NCBI GenBank assembly: GCA_047495785.1 | Contig: JBLDXI010000013.1 | Location: 1,922,001-1,986,000, forward strand | Length of the DNA stretch: 64,000 bases | Reading direction: 5' to 3' | Origin: Lepidodermella squamata | Taxonomy: Eukaryota; Animalia; Gastrotricha | Part shown: in pieces, positions 63,038 to 64,000 of the stretch | Position numbering within the stretch: the stretch's first letter is position 1 | Layout: every line of letters starts with the position of its first letter | Notes under the pieces: model-generated | Told to the model about the DNA's origin: nothing | The model's input: only the letters and a program-made list of their open reading frames with translations | Databases searched by the model: none | Program-made: the position numbers and the translations under genes

Positions 63038-63821
63038 CTACAATTTCAGCTCGATTTCATTGACCGATAGGCAGAAAAGGACGCGATGACCAGCATTCGG
63101 ATCCTTGATTGTCACCTTAGCCTTGTACTTGCCACTTGCAAACCACCCAGCACTAAAAGCCAAAAAGTAATGCATCAAGTGGATGGATTTCTTTAAATGC
63201 ATTACACTCCAGCATCTACTTTGGGTAGATCGAAAGATGTGGACAGATTTTTGATCTCGATGGGCAGGAACGGGCACAGGCTTTCGATCGGAATGCCAAA
63301 TGCTTCGGTGACAAACTTGATGATTGTGGAATCAGACTCGCTTGCCAGCGCGGCTTTGAACAGAGAGCAAATGTCGGGGTATACGCAAGAGCCAATCATG
63401 TTGCCGCCGATTTTGATGCATGGAGCAGCGATCCAGACTAGGGTCACTTTCTTCTCAATCCTCAACTCAACCTCGAAGTTTTCATATTTTTTCAGAAGAG
63501 CTAGCAGATCGATTGCTATGGGCAGAGCCCCGGGGAGTCTGATGGTGTAAGGAATCTGAAGGTTATTCAGCACGATAGAGCCATCTCCTCCGCCTTCAAA
63601 AAACACAACAATTTGATATTTATGGATTAAATTGTGAAGCGGAGCAAACAAGTTGAAACGGAGGCCATTTTCTGGCCATAGACGACCGGCGCGGTGAAGT
63701 TGGCTTTGTAGAGCTTGGCAATACCAGGCATCAGCTCGTAGTTTTCGGCCTCATCCGGCAGTTCGATCGGATCGGCTAAGGCGACGGCCAAAATGAAGGC
63801 GAGAGCAACGAATGATTTCAT
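63038..63821 (-). CDS. ML-domain lipid-binding protein, GM2-activator-like, copy 2 (3 exons)
   Basis: Tandem paralog of 60000-60792 with a shared promoter; APCIKIGGNMIGSCVYPDIC. Confidence 0.88.
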
Positions 63822-64000
63822 GTTGAATATAGCAAAGCGGTGTTTTTGACTGATATGAAGACATTGCGCGATCTGAGCTTCCTTAAATAGAGGTGCGCCT
63901 GTTCTGGACGCGGACTGCGCTGATAAAGAAATGTCTTATCTCTCGCACGACGGCGGCGTGATCGTGGTGTTTTTTGGCGATTCGTGATTCGGTGTATAAT

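Noticed and set aside
1-64000. tRNA, rRNA, snRNA or SL-RNA genes
   Set aside because: None recognisable by eye; a tRNAscan-SE/Infernal run would be needed to exclude them.

Overview
This is eukaryotic DNA from a gene-dense invertebrate animal, with short GT-AG introns (mostly ~45-60 nt), the standard genetic code and abundant CpG. The chitin-binding + LamG ('Pif-like') gene hints at a spiralian, but the taxon is not established. About 25 genes can be reconstructed by joining ORF fragments across splice sites. They include two Rab6-related GTPases (one degenerate), a 7-exon PEP-utilising RPH/PigC-type phosphotransferase, an Ig-superfamily receptor head-to-head with a divergent PI3K p85-like adaptor, ACTL6/BAF53, and an EXD3/Mut-7 exonuclease. 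Further along are four tandem non-GT11 fucosyltransferase-fold genes followed by a GT31 beta-1,3-galactosyltransferase, a MARVEL protein, four variant Ly6/uPAR GPI-anchored proteins, a Gln-rich secreted protein, an SDR, a ChtBD2-LamG protein and two GM2-activator-like ML proteins. MITE, pogo and LINE debris is scattered between genes. The best novelty candidates are: (1) an unrecognised five-copy family of small secreted, cationic, helical proteins (RLKxCx8CxNxSPxPFYxWARxAAQ), three of them interdigitated with atypical 'split-CC' Ly6 genes; (2) an EXD3/Mut-7 in which the Mut7-C zinc ribbon is replaced by a dsRBD; (3) a fucosyl/galactosyltransferase cluster; (4) an Ig receptor with ITIM/ITSM/YxPQ motifs paired with a p85-like adaptor; and (5) operon-like gene spacing. 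All family calls come from motifs recognised by eye; no searches were run.
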